From Dehalococcoidia bacterium (GTDB lineage Bacteria > Chloroflexota > Dehalococcoidia > Bin125), in the NCBI GenBank assembly GCA_963555985.3, contig OY820591.1, forward strand, positions 1,888,001 through 1,952,000: a stretch of DNA of 64,000 bases. The letters are read 5' to 3'. Position numbers and translations under genes: made by a program. Under the pieces are notes generated by a model, which ran no database searches, was not told the origin of the DNA, and saw only the letters and a program-made list of their open reading frames with translations. Position 1 is the stretch's first letter. Each line of letters begins with the position of its first letter. Shown in pieces: positions 40,670 to 49,509 of this stretch.

Positions 40670-41713
40670 ATGGGCGGCTTCTTGCGAGTCCTGGTCTTGG
40701 CGGCGCTGGCCGCCGGCGCGGTGATCTGGCTCCGGCGCGGGGACGGCCGGATCCAGCTCCGACTCGGCGAAGACGCCGACCACGATGACCGCGAAGCTGA
40801 CCGCCGCCGGATTCGCGAGCTCGCCGAAACCGTCGAGCAGCTGCGCGGAGAACTAGACGCCGCGAAAGACGCCTGGCGAGACCAAGGCCAAACCGACGAA
40901 CGCCTCGACACCCTCTGGTCGGAGCGCGAGCGCCAGCGCGAGCTCGAAGCGCGGATCGCCGAACTCGAACAGGCCCGCGCCGCCGACGCAGCCCGCGCCG
41001 AAGCCGAAGCAGCCCAGCTGGAACGAATCTCGACAGCTCTGGACGCACTCCGCGACGAAGTCGCGGCAGCCCACGCGCAGTGGCAGGCCGGCGACACGGA
41101 TCGCGAAGACCGCATCGACGCCGTCCGCCAGGAGCGCGCCCGCGCCTTCATGCTCGAACAGCAGCTAGCGCAAGCAGACGGCGCAAAGCCCCCGCCGCCG
41201 GCGTGGTGGGAACTGGAGCCGCCAACATCGTTCGCCGAACTCGCCGAGCAGGTGCGAGCCTCGCTCCCGCTGATCGCGTTCCCGGATTCAGCCCTGACCG
41301 CCGCTGCCGAACTCGATCAGTCCGACTCAGCCCAAGCTTGGGCCGCCGAGACCTGGCGCGGGCTGGGCGCGCTGTCCGAATACGCCGCCCGCGCAACCCG
41401 CGACCCCAACGCGGCAGAAGCAGCGCTGCCGCCGGAATGGGACTTCACCCGCTGGTGCCGGGAAGGCGGCCACCCCCAAGCCTGGCCGCCGCAGCGGATC
41501 GGTCTGGATCGCGCCCGGCGACTGTTCGCCGTAGACCGAGGCGTGAACTGGTCGGGTCAAGTCGTCGCCCGCACCCACCTACTCGTCGGCGACTCCGCCG
41601 ACGCTGCCTCCCCGGTCCTCTTCATCCACGACGACGCCCGCGGCCGCAGCGGCCAAATCCACGTCGTCTTCCTCGGCCCGCAGCGTCACGCCGCCTCAAT
41701 CCCCGGCATCTAG
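40670..41713 (+). CDS. Membrane-anchored coiled-coil protein with a degenerate copy of the 17080 C-terminal domain
   Basis: N-terminal TM helix; WAAETWRGLGALSEYA, FTRWC, HPQAWP, LFIHDD.RG..GQIHVVFLGP. Confidence 0.6.
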   Translation: MGGFLRVLVLAALAAGAVIWLRRGDGRIQLRLGEDADHDDREADRRRIRELAETVEQLRGELDAAKDAWRDQGQTDERLDTLWSERERQRELEARIAELEQARAADAARAEAEAAQLERISTALDALRDEVAAAHAQWQAGDTDREDRIDAVRQERARAFMLEQQLAQADGAKPPPPAWWELEPPTSFAELAEQVRASLPLIAFPDSALTAAAELDQSDSAQAWAAETWRGLGALSEYAARATRDPNAAEAALPPEWDFTRWCREGGHPQAWPPQRIGLDRARRLFAVDRGVNWSGQVVARTHLLVGDSADAASPVLFIHDDARGRSGQIHVVFLGPQRHAASIPGI

Positions 41714-41731
41714 GCTCCGCTCGGATCGCCC

Positions 41732-42046
41732 CTAGCGATCATCCCGCTCCCAGCGCGGCGGCGGCTTCGCCGGCGGCGGCGGCCAACCCGGATCCCGCCG
41801 CTGCTGCACATTCCAGTCGCCGCCCCGAGGATCGCGAATCTCGCCGGGCGAATATCCCCAGCCGCCGCCACCGCCGTCCGGCTCACGGCGCTTGGGAATG
41901 ATCAGGATGATCCCAACCCCGATCAGCCCCAGCAGAAAACCCAGAATCGCCCCCAGCCAGGGCGACCGCCCCTTCATGCGCACGGCGATCACCGCCCCAA
42001 TCGCGGCAAAGATCAACGCGGCGACGATCACAGCGGCAAGGTCCAT
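41732..42046 (-). CDS. Small membrane protein
   Basis: Two TM segments, KGRSPWLGAILGFLLGLIG, Pro-rich tail. Confidence 0.6.
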   Translation of the reverse strand: MDLAAVIVAALIFAAIGAVIAVRMKGRSPWLGAILGFLLGLIGVGIILIIPKRREPDGGGGGWGYSPGEIRDPRGGDWNVQQRRDPGWPPPPAKPPPRWERDDR

Positions 42047-42284
42047 CGCAGTCTCCGCACTCAAGCTACGCACGCCGCCGCGACTTGGCAAGCGCCGATC
42101 ATGGTGCCGTCCGGCTTGCCGGACGGAGACCGGAACCCTATACCGGACGCCGTGACTGACCGACGCCCGCTCCAACGCTCCACTGCGCCCATCGCTCGCC
42201 GCCCAGAGTGGAGTGACGGCGCGTACTCGCCCCACACACACAATCCGGAACGCTCGCTGACCGAAGCGCAAAACGGGCGGCGTC

Positions 42285-43277
42285 ATGACCGCCGCCTTCG
42301 ATCCCGGCCAGCTGCGCCTGGGCGACGCCACCGACGCTTCGCTGTTCGATGAGGGACAGTTTCACCTCACCGTGACCTCACCGCCCTACAACGTGGGGCT
42401 GCGCTACGGCGACGCTGTAGACGATGCGACCAGCTACGCCGACTACCTCGAATTCAGCCGTCAGTGGTTAGCCAACGTCTACCGCTGGAGCGTCGTTGGC
42501 GGACGACTCTGCCTCAACATCCCCCTCGACAAGAACAGCGGCGGCAAGCAGGCGGTCACCGCCGACCTGACCAACATTGCGCGCGAGGTGGGTTGGAAAT
42601 ACCACGCAACGATCATTTGGAACGAGGGCAATATCTCGCGCCGCACGGCGTGGGGATCGTGGATGCGCCCCTCTGCCCCGCACATCATCGCTCCAGTCGA
42701 AACGATTGTCGTGCTCTACAAAGGCGAATGGAAGCGCACGCACGCGGGGGATGAACTGGTCACAATCACGCGCGACGAGTTCATGTCCTGGACCAGCGGC
42801 ACTTGGCGCCACGAGAGCGGAGAAGGTACATCGCTGGCGTCCGAACCCTCAGAGAGCGAGGCGCGGATTACGCCCGACCTGCTCTGGGAGTTAGCAGCCG
42901 CCTTCCAGAACCAATCGACGATCTCGCCCGCAGAGTTTCAGGCCAAGTTCCGCGAGCTACTGACGCGCGAGCCGACTCCCGCCCTGCGCAGCGTGTCCGT
43001 GGGCATTCCCGAAGAGTGGCTGAGCCAACTCTGGACATTCGGCGGTGAGTCCGCGAAGCGGATCGGACATCCAGCGCCGTTTCCGCTCGAGCTGCCGCGC
43101 CGCTGCATTCGCTTGCTCTCCTACGTCGGCGATCAGGTGCTGGATCCCTTCGCCGGCAGCGGCACAACGCTAGTCGCCGCGCTCCAGGATCGACGACATG
43201 CATATGGAATCGAGCTAAACGCCGACTACCGCGAACTGGCGCTCGGGCGCATCAACGCTGAAGTGCCGAGGTTCTGA
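42285..43277 (+). CDS. Beta-class DNA methyltransferase (probably N4-C)
   Basis: TSPPYN, RTAWGSW, HPAPFP, DPFAGSGTT. Confidence 0.9.
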   Translation: MTAAFDPGQLRLGDATDASLFDEGQFHLTVTSPPYNVGLRYGDAVDDATSYADYLEFSRQWLANVYRWSVVGGRLCLNIPLDKNSGGKQAVTADLTNIAREVGWKYHATIIWNEGNISRRTAWGSWMRPSAPHIIAPVETIVVLYKGEWKRTHAGDELVTITRDEFMSWTSGTWRHESGEGTSLASEPSESEARITPDLLWELAAAFQNQSTISPAEFQAKFRELLTREPTPALRSVSVGIPEEWLSQLWTFGGESAKRIGHPAPFPLELPRRCIRLLSYVGDQVLDPFAGSGTTLVAALQDRRHAYGIELNADYRELALGRINAEVPRF

Positions 43278-43861
43278 TGTCTCAGACAGACCTCATCTTC
43301 AGCTACTACCAGGCGCGCCCCAGGCAGATCATTCCGCACGCAGAGGTGGTCGACTGAGCCACATCGGAGTGGTCGAGGCGGACGGGAAAAGTGTTCCGCG
43401 ACCCCGACCGAGCGATTCGCAAGCTCCATCAGCAAGGCAAACTGCAAAAGCACGGCAAAGGCCTGTACTGCTACGACCCGGATCTGGAGGCCGCGCGCGA
43501 GCTAGAAGATTTCAATCCCGCCCAGAAACAGGCGATCCTAAAGCGGGACGGCCACCGCTGCGTGGTCTGCGGGGCGAGCCGCGACGAAGGCGTCGAACTG
43601 CAAGTCGATCACATCAAGCCGAAGGACAAAGGCGGCCGCGCAACGATCGAGAACGGCCAAACTCTCTGCGCGATGCACAACTTTCGCAAGAAGAACCTGG
43701 GACAAACGGAAACCGGAAAGAAGATGTTCATTCGCCTGCTAGATGCCGCGCGGGCCTCGGGAGATGCGGCATTGTGCGAGTTCATTCGAGACGTCTTGCA
43801 AATCTACGATCGGCACGGCATTAACAGTCATATCCACTGGCGCAATGAGCTAGCGGACTAA
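43277..43861 (+). pseudogene. HNH restriction endonuclease interrupted by an in-frame TGA at 43355
   Basis: ATG overlaps the MTase stop; MSQTDLIF...EVVD*ATSEW...FRDPDR; CVVCG...VDHIKP...GG...NGQTLC..HN. Confidence 0.75.
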
Positions 43862-44157
43862 CGCCGCCCCGCATAGAACGCGCAGCCCGGCGTCTCCCGA
43901 GTCGGCGCCACGATTCCTGAACCGGGATGCAAACACCGCCCCCGCCCATCAAGATTGGCCGCTCCCGGCTCCACCCACTCCAGACAGTTCCCGCACTCCC
44001 GCGCGAGCGGCGGCGCCGGCTTCGGCGAGTCAAGCCCGACCAGCTCGCGCCGGTCGCGGCGCGACTCGCGCACGTTGTGGTGATCCTCACGCGACGGTTT
44101 GTGATACCGGCGCGGACGCTGGCCCGGGCGGCGTCCCTTGTGGTTGCGGCGCGGCAT
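43858..44157 (-). CDS. Small basic Cys-rich hypothetical protein
   Basis: CGNC...C...C pattern; co-directional with neighbours. Confidence 0.5.
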   Translation of the reverse strand: MPRRNHKGRRPGQRPRRYHKPSREDHHNVRESRRDRRELVGLDSPKPAPPLARECGNCLEWVEPGAANLDGRGRCLHPGSGIVAPTRETPGCAFYAGRR

Positions 44158-44160
44158 CGC

Positions 44161-44703
44161 TCAGGTCAAGCGCGGCTCAAGCGCGTAGGGATCGGCGGCC
44201 AGCAGCATTTCGATCGCCGACAGCCAACGGTCGCGCACAACGGTGTAGTCGCGCCCGGTTCGGCGGTTGCGGGGCCGCGGCGCGCGCACCCCGTACCCCC
44301 CGCGCAGACCCTGCCCGTCGCCGATCCATTCGGTGCGCAGGGTGCGGTCGGCCTGGGGCGCCCAGCGCACGCGCAGGCGCGTCCGCCGACGCCGCGCCCG
44401 CCTGCTGCCGCGCCGTTCGCGCCAGCGGATGACCAGATCCCGCCCGCGCGAGGGGCGGACGGACTCGATCGCCGGGGCGGGGATATGCAGCAATGGTCGT
44501 CCGTCCTCGCGGTGAAACGTGAGCCCGGCGAAGTCCAGCACGAGGTCGCCGTGCAAAGCGGTAAAGGGAATCGGGCCAATCAGCGTCGCAGCATCGCGGC
44601 TGGGCAAGGCAATCGGCAACTGACGCGCCACATCCGCCCCGCAGCGATGGCAGGCGGCGCGTCCGTCAAACGTGTCCTGGTGGCAGGCCGGGCAGATTTT
44701 CAT
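44161..44703 (-). CDS. Zn-ribbon hypothetical protein
   Basis: MKICPAC...CHRCG. Confidence 0.5.
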   Translation of the reverse strand: MKICPACHQDTFDGRAACHRCGADVARQLPIALPSRDAATLIGPIPFTALHGDLVLDFAGLTFHREDGRPLLHIPAPAIESVRPSRGRDLVIRWRERRGSRRARRRRTRLRVRWAPQADRTLRTEWIGDGQGLRGGYGVRAPRPRNRRTGRDYTVVRDRWLSAIEMLLAADPYALEPRLT

Positions 44704-44770
44704 GCCGGGTTCCCGTCCCCGCCGTGCGCGGGGACCCGCTCGGCGCGCAGGCTGCCGACGATCGGAGCGC

Positions 44771-45907
44771 CTACACCCCGACCGGCGAACCCCAGCGCTC
44801 AACCAATTCCTCAGCCACCGAGACCATCGACTCGACCACTTCCGTAGCCGGGCGGATAGCCCTGATCAGTCCCGCGCCGTTGCCGGCGGGACCGCCGACC
44901 AACTCCTCGATATGAGCCTCGCGCGCTCCGCGCAGCGCCTCGCCGACAAGCAGTCCCTGAAGCGGCATCGGCAAGGTCTGCGGCGCTTCGGGGCGCTCCC
45001 AGGCTTCGGTCCAGGCGTTGTACATATGGCGCATCGTCTTGCCGGAGTACATCCGACCGATCCGGGTGTCCTCGTCGGTCGCGGCGACGAGCTTGTCCCA
45101 CTGCACCTTGCGCGTCCACTCGTCCGTCTCGCCGCGCTCCTCGGAGTCTTGGTAGGCCTCCCAGGTAGCGAGGAACGCGGTGCCGCACCAGATCGCCTCA
45201 GCGCCCAGCGCCAGCGCCGCCATCAGACCGCGCCCGTCCATGATCCCACCGGCCGCAATCGTCTTGGTCGGCGCGATCGCGTCCGCGACCTGCGGCACCA
45301 GCGCCAGCGTGCCGATCCGTCCCGTGTGGCCGCCGGCTTCGGTGCCCTGCGCGACGACCGCGTCCACGTTCGCCGCCGCCACGCGGCGCGCGTTGCGCGT
45401 GTTGCCGACCAGGCCGATCACCTTCATCCCCTGCGCGTGCGCGTCGGGAACCATCCAACCAGGGTTGCCAAGACCCGACGCGAACACGGGCACGTTCTCG
45501 TCGAGGATGACTTCCACCTGTTGGCGGAAGTAGTCCTGAGTCAGCGGCGGCCGGTCGAGCGGCCCGGACGGGTCGGGAATCTCGAACTCGCGCTTGAGCT
45601 GGTCGACGTAGTGATGGTGCTCCGCCGAGATCTCGAGCTCGAGATCCTCACGGTTGCCGGAGTCGGCAATCGACGAGGGCAGCAGCAAATCCACGCCGAA
45701 GGGCTTGTCGGTCAGCGAGCGAACCTTCGCGATCATGCCGGAGAGCTCGTCCGGCGTGTAGCCGGTCGCCCCGACCACGCCCAGTCCACCGGCCTCGGAG
45801 ACCGCCGCCGCCAGGGTCGGGCCGGCGGCGCCGCCCATGCCGGCCAGAATCACCGGGATCTCGATGCCAAGCATGTCGCAGAGTTCAGTCTTAAGTGGGG
45901 AAACCAT
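44771..45907 (-). CDS. Nitronate monooxygenase (FabK-like) family flavoprotein
   Basis: LAGMGG, QGTEAGGHTG, AAGGIMDGRG, GTAFL. Confidence 0.9.
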   Translation of the reverse strand: MVSPLKTELCDMLGIEIPVILAGMGGAAGPTLAAAVSEAGGLGVVGATGYTPDELSGMIAKVRSLTDKPFGVDLLLPSSIADSGNREDLELEISAEHHHYVDQLKREFEIPDPSGPLDRPPLTQDYFRQQVEVILDENVPVFASGLGNPGWMVPDAHAQGMKVIGLVGNTRNARRVAAANVDAVVAQGTEAGGHTGRIGTLALVPQVADAIAPTKTIAAGGIMDGRGLMAALALGAEAIWCGTAFLATWEAYQDSEERGETDEWTRKVQWDKLVAATDEDTRIGRMYSGKTMRHMYNAWTEAWERPEAPQTLPMPLQGLLVGEALRGAREAHIEELVGGPAGNGAGLIRAIRPATEVVESMVSVAEELVERWGSPVGV

Positions 45908-46017
45908 ATGCGGCCTTTCTCTGAGTTGTGAGTGTCGAGAGGGTGTCGGGGGTATGGTACCAGCGCTTTTCGCGGCAAATCGCGCTACCGTGAAGCAGTC
46001 TTTGGAGGTGCGCGGTG

Positions 46018-46287
46018 ATGACCTGGCAAGACTACGAGGCTCGGGAGCGATTCGACGAATTGCTCGATACGACCCTCGACATCGGCCCGCAAGTGGTGCG
46101 TCGGGGTGAGAAGGAAGTCGCGATCATGGTGTCCTACGAACAGTGGCGCCGAATGCTGAGCACGGGCAACCTCCAGTACTCCGACCTGAAGGAGTGGTTG
46201 CTCGCGCCGGAAGGCCGGACTGACGATCTGGTGCCGCCGTCCAGGAAGAACTTCTCATTTCGCCCGCTGCCTGACCTCGACGATTAG
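46018..46287 (+). CDS. Phd/YefM-family antitoxin
   Basis: WQ..EA..RF.ELL......GPQVV.RG pattern, upstream of a PIN toxin. Confidence 0.8.
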   Translation: MTWQDYEARERFDELLDTTLDIGPQVVRRGEKEVAIMVSYEQWRRMLSTGNLQYSDLKEWLLAPEGRTDDLVPPSRKNFSFRPLPDLDD

Positions 46288-46298
46288 CCGAACAGCCC

Positions 46299-46712
46299 AT
46301 GCGCCTGCTCGATACCAACGTCGTCTCAGAACTGAGGCGACCGAGACCGCACCCTCAGGTGCAGCAGTGGCTCCGAAGCGTCGAATCAGAGCCGCTGTTT
46401 CTCAGTGTCGTCACGGTCGCGGAAATTCAGGACGGCATCGAACGCAGGCGGAATCAGGATCCCAATGAGGCGTTGGTCATCGAGGACTGGCTCGAGCGCG
46501 TCGTCTTGCCCCAGTTCCTGATTCTCTCGATGGACGTTGAGGTCGCCCGCGAGTGGTCGCGGCTCATGCAGGGGCAACCGGACCGACTGCTCAAGGACGC
46601 CACGATCGCCGCGACGGCTCAGGTCTATGGATTCCAGGTCGTCACGCGAAACGTTCGCGACTTCGATCAGCTCGGTGTACCCACGCTCAATCCGTTCGAG
46701 TTCACGGGCTGA
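46299..46712 (+). CDS. vapC: VapC PIN-domain toxin
   Basis: LLDTNVVSE, DATIAATA, TRNVRDF. Confidence 0.88.
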   Translation: MRLLDTNVVSELRRPRPHPQVQQWLRSVESEPLFLSVVTVAEIQDGIERRRNQDPNEALVIEDWLERVVLPQFLILSMDVEVAREWSRLMQGQPDRLLKDATIAATAQVYGFQVVTRNVRDFDQLGVPTLNPFEFTG

Positions 46713-46728
46713 CGCGGCGATTTCAGCA

Positions 46729-47943
46729 TCAGGTTCCTGCGGGACCGACGATGGTGATTTCTTCGCCCAGGGCGGCGAGGCCAAGCGAGTGCTGGAGTTC
46801 GTCGGTTTTCCAGGCCATCACGATGCCTCCGGTGAGGTCTCGGTAGAGACGCTCCAGCGGATGACCTTTGACATAGGCGTGGGCGCCGGTGGTCTTGATG
46901 CTGATCTGCGCGACCTCTTCGGCCATCCGGCGGAGGTGGTGGGTGGTCTGCACCTGCATCCGGATAAAGCTCTGGCGGTCGGCATAGGCACGATCGACCT
47001 CCGCAACGGCGTGATAGAGCACCGCGCGCGCACTGGCCAGCCAGCTATCCATCTCCCCCAGCGCCATCTGCGCCCACGGCAGTGCGGCCCGAGTCTCGTT
47101 GGAGCCGCCCAACGGACTGTTCGCCGAAGCCAGGTAGCCGCGCCGCTGCTTCAGATACTCAACGGTCTCATCGAACATCGCTTGCGCGTTCCCCAGCCAG
47201 ATCGCGCAGATGCCCAGCCCCGGCAGTGCTCGCCGCTGCCACAGGAGTTGCGGGATCATCTGCTCGCCCATCCGCAACAGCGACATCGGTACCACGAAAC
47301 AGTCGGCGCGCGGGATACGCAAGTCTTCGATCACCATGTCATGCGACGCAGTAGCCCGCAGACCCATCCCGTTCCAGTTCCCACGATTCGTGATCGCCTC
47401 GTTGGACAGCTCAGGCAATGAAATCACCAAGTCCGGCTCGGCGGGACGCTCAATCAACGCGCCGACCATTGCGTAGGTGGCTGCGTCAGCGCCCGAAGCA
47501 AAGCCCGCCCGTCCCGAAATCACGAGCTCCGTGCCCTCCTCAACCGCCCTGAAACCGGTGCTGGTGTTATCCAATTCGCGCGAAGGGATGCTGCCCGGAG
47601 CGCAACACCACGCGCCCCCGGCGCAGGCCTTCAGCATCTGGTCCCGATGTGGAAACGGCGGTAACGCGCTCGCAATCGCCGTCACCAGCAGATGCATGTT
47701 CAGCGCCACCGCAGTAGAGGCGTCGCCGTAGGCGAGTTCCTCGATCACACGGATATACGTCTCCCCGTCCGCTTCGAGTCCGCCGAACGATTCCGAGATC
47801 AGCAGTCCGGGAATGCCAAGCGCAGAGAGATCGTCGAAGTTCTCCTGGCAAAGCTGACCGCTGCGGTCGGCTTCTTCGGCGCGCTCGCGGAGCGCTCCGC
47901 GGGCAAGCTCGCGAACTTGGTCGAGGAGTGGTTGATTGGTCAT
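46729..47943 (-). CDS. Acyl-CoA dehydrogenase family protein
   Basis: DASTAVALNMH, WNGMGLRATASH, PLERLYRD. Confidence 0.85.
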   Translation of the reverse strand: MTNQPLLDQVRELARGALRERAEEADRSGQLCQENFDDLSALGIPGLLISESFGGLEADGETYIRVIEELAYGDASTAVALNMHLLVTAIASALPPFPHRDQMLKACAGGAWCCAPGSIPSRELDNTSTGFRAVEEGTELVISGRAGFASGADAATYAMVGALIERPAEPDLVISLPELSNEAITNRGNWNGMGLRATASHDMVIEDLRIPRADCFVVPMSLLRMGEQMIPQLLWQRRALPGLGICAIWLGNAQAMFDETVEYLKQRRGYLASANSPLGGSNETRAALPWAQMALGEMDSWLASARAVLYHAVAEVDRAYADRQSFIRMQVQTTHHLRRMAEEVAQISIKTTGAHAYVKGHPLERLYRDLTGGIVMAWKTDELQHSLGLAALGEEITIVGPAGT

Positions 47944-47995
47944 GAAGTCCTCCTGCGTTAGCGAGCGTAGCGGGCATTGTCTAAAGTCATTTGCC

Positions 47996-48373
47996 ATGAC
48001 CGATACAAGCGCTGCGACGTTCGCAGACCTATTGCAACAGGCGGCCGAACCGCTGCACGCGGTGATGTCGGCGTTGCGGTCGATGATCTTAGAGATCGAT
48101 GCGCAGGCAGTAGAGACGATCCGGCTCGGCGATCGCGCGGCAACCTATGGCGTTGGGCCGCGCAAGATGCGGGACGGCTATGCCTATCTGATGCCGCACT
48201 CAAGATGGGTGAATCTGGGCTTCTACGACGGAGCAAGTCTGGATGATCCTGCAGGGATATTGGAGGGGACGGGAAAACGTTTGCGGCATGTCAAAGTCCG
48301 GACGGTGGAGGCGGCCGGGGCGGAGGCGCTGAGGAGTCTGGTCGCGGAAGCGGTTGCGTTTCGGCGGCAATGA
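47996..48373 (+). CDS. DUF1801 family protein
   Basis: VNLGFYDGASLDDPAGILEGTGKRLRHVK. Confidence 0.8.
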   Translation: MTDTSAATFADLLQQAAEPLHAVMSALRSMILEIDAQAVETIRLGDRAATYGVGPRKMRDGYAYLMPHSRWVNLGFYDGASLDDPAGILEGTGKRLRHVKVRTVEAAGAEALRSLVAEAVAFRRQ

Positions 48374-48555
48374 GCCTGTGAAACTCGTCGAGTCGAGCAC
48401 GGAGGCCAGTGCAGAACACAACGCGATTGCCGCGCTCCGTCGCAGCAAGAACATGCCTCCAGCATGAACGGGGAACAGAAGTCGCCGAAGCGCTGCGAGC
48501 GGGAGCGTTAGCATTCTCGGTCAGGAGACTCGATCCTCTGGAAGGGATTTCGCCG

Positions 48556-49509
48556 ATGCCATCGATCAACACCCTGCACGGAGAGCTGGACACGTCCGAA
48601 CTCGGTCGGACTTTGATCCACGAGCACATCGGGATTCGCTCGCCCGGAATCTCCGAGAACTGGCCCGAACTCTGGGACGAAGCGGGCTGCGTCGCCTCCG
48701 CCGACGAGAAGTTGAACGCGCTCCAGCAGCGCGGCGTCAGCACCGTGGTCGACCTCTCCACTGCCGACCTCGGCCGCGACATGGGCTTCCTCCAGAAGGT
48801 CTCCCAGGTCACCTCGATCAACGTCGTGCTCTGCACCGGCATCTACTGGCTGCGCTCGATGTACTGGCGCGGCCGTCCCGCCGAAATGCTGACCGAAGTG
48901 TTTGTCAGGGACATCACCGAGGGCATCGCCGGCACCGACGTCAAGGCCAACATCATCAAGCTCGCCTCCGACGAACAGGGCGGTGGCGTAGATCACTACA
49001 ACGAGAAATGCCTGCGCGCCGGCGCTCGCGCGCACCGCGCCACCGGCGTGCCGATCGCAACCCACAACGGCCCGCCCGAACTCGGAGCCAAGCAGCAGGA
49101 CATCTTCGAAGACGAGGGTTGTGACCTCTCCCGAATCGTGATCGGGCACGTCGGCGACACCGCCGACACCGATTACCTCAAGTCGCTGATGGATCGCGGC
49201 TCCTACGTCGGCCTCGACCGCTTCGGGCTGGATCAGATCCTGCCATTCGATGATCGCGTCAACACGGTCGTCAAGCTCGCCGCCGACGGCTACACGGAAC
49301 GGATGCTTTTGGCCCACGATGCCTCCTGCTGCCTCGACTGGATCCCCGACATCGACGCCATGCGCCAGGCCCAACCCAACTGGCACTTCAACCACATCGC
49401 CGACGACGTCGTCCCCGCCCTGCTGGAGCGCGGCGTCACCCAGGAGCAGGTTGACCAAATGCTGATCGGCAACCCGCGCACCCTGTTCGAGCGCCAGGGC
49501 GCCTACTAG
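48556..49509 (+). CDS. Phosphotriesterase-family amidohydrolase
   Basis: LIHEH, IKLA (carbamylated Lys), ATH, IGH, LAHD. Confidence 0.9.
   Translation: MPSINTLHGELDTSELGRTLIHEHIGIRSPGISENWPELWDEAGCVASADEKLNALQQRGVSTVVDLSTADLGRDMGFLQKVSQVTSINVVLCTGIYWLRSMYWRGRPAEMLTEVFVRDITEGIAGTDVKANIIKLASDEQGGGVDHYNEKCLRAGARAHRATGVPIATHNGPPELGAKQQDIFEDEGCDLSRIVIGHVGDTADTDYLKSLMDRGSYVGLDRFGLDQILPFDDRVNTVVKLAADGYTERMLLAHDASCCLDWIPDIDAMRQAQPNWHFNHIADDVVPALLERGVTQEQVDQMLIGNPRTLFERQGAY

Noticed and set aside
43355-43357. TGA recoding (Trp, Gly or Sec)
   Set aside because: TGA is the normal stop of many genes here (for example 6047-6049 and 43275-43277), and the position fits Trp rather than Cys/Sec.
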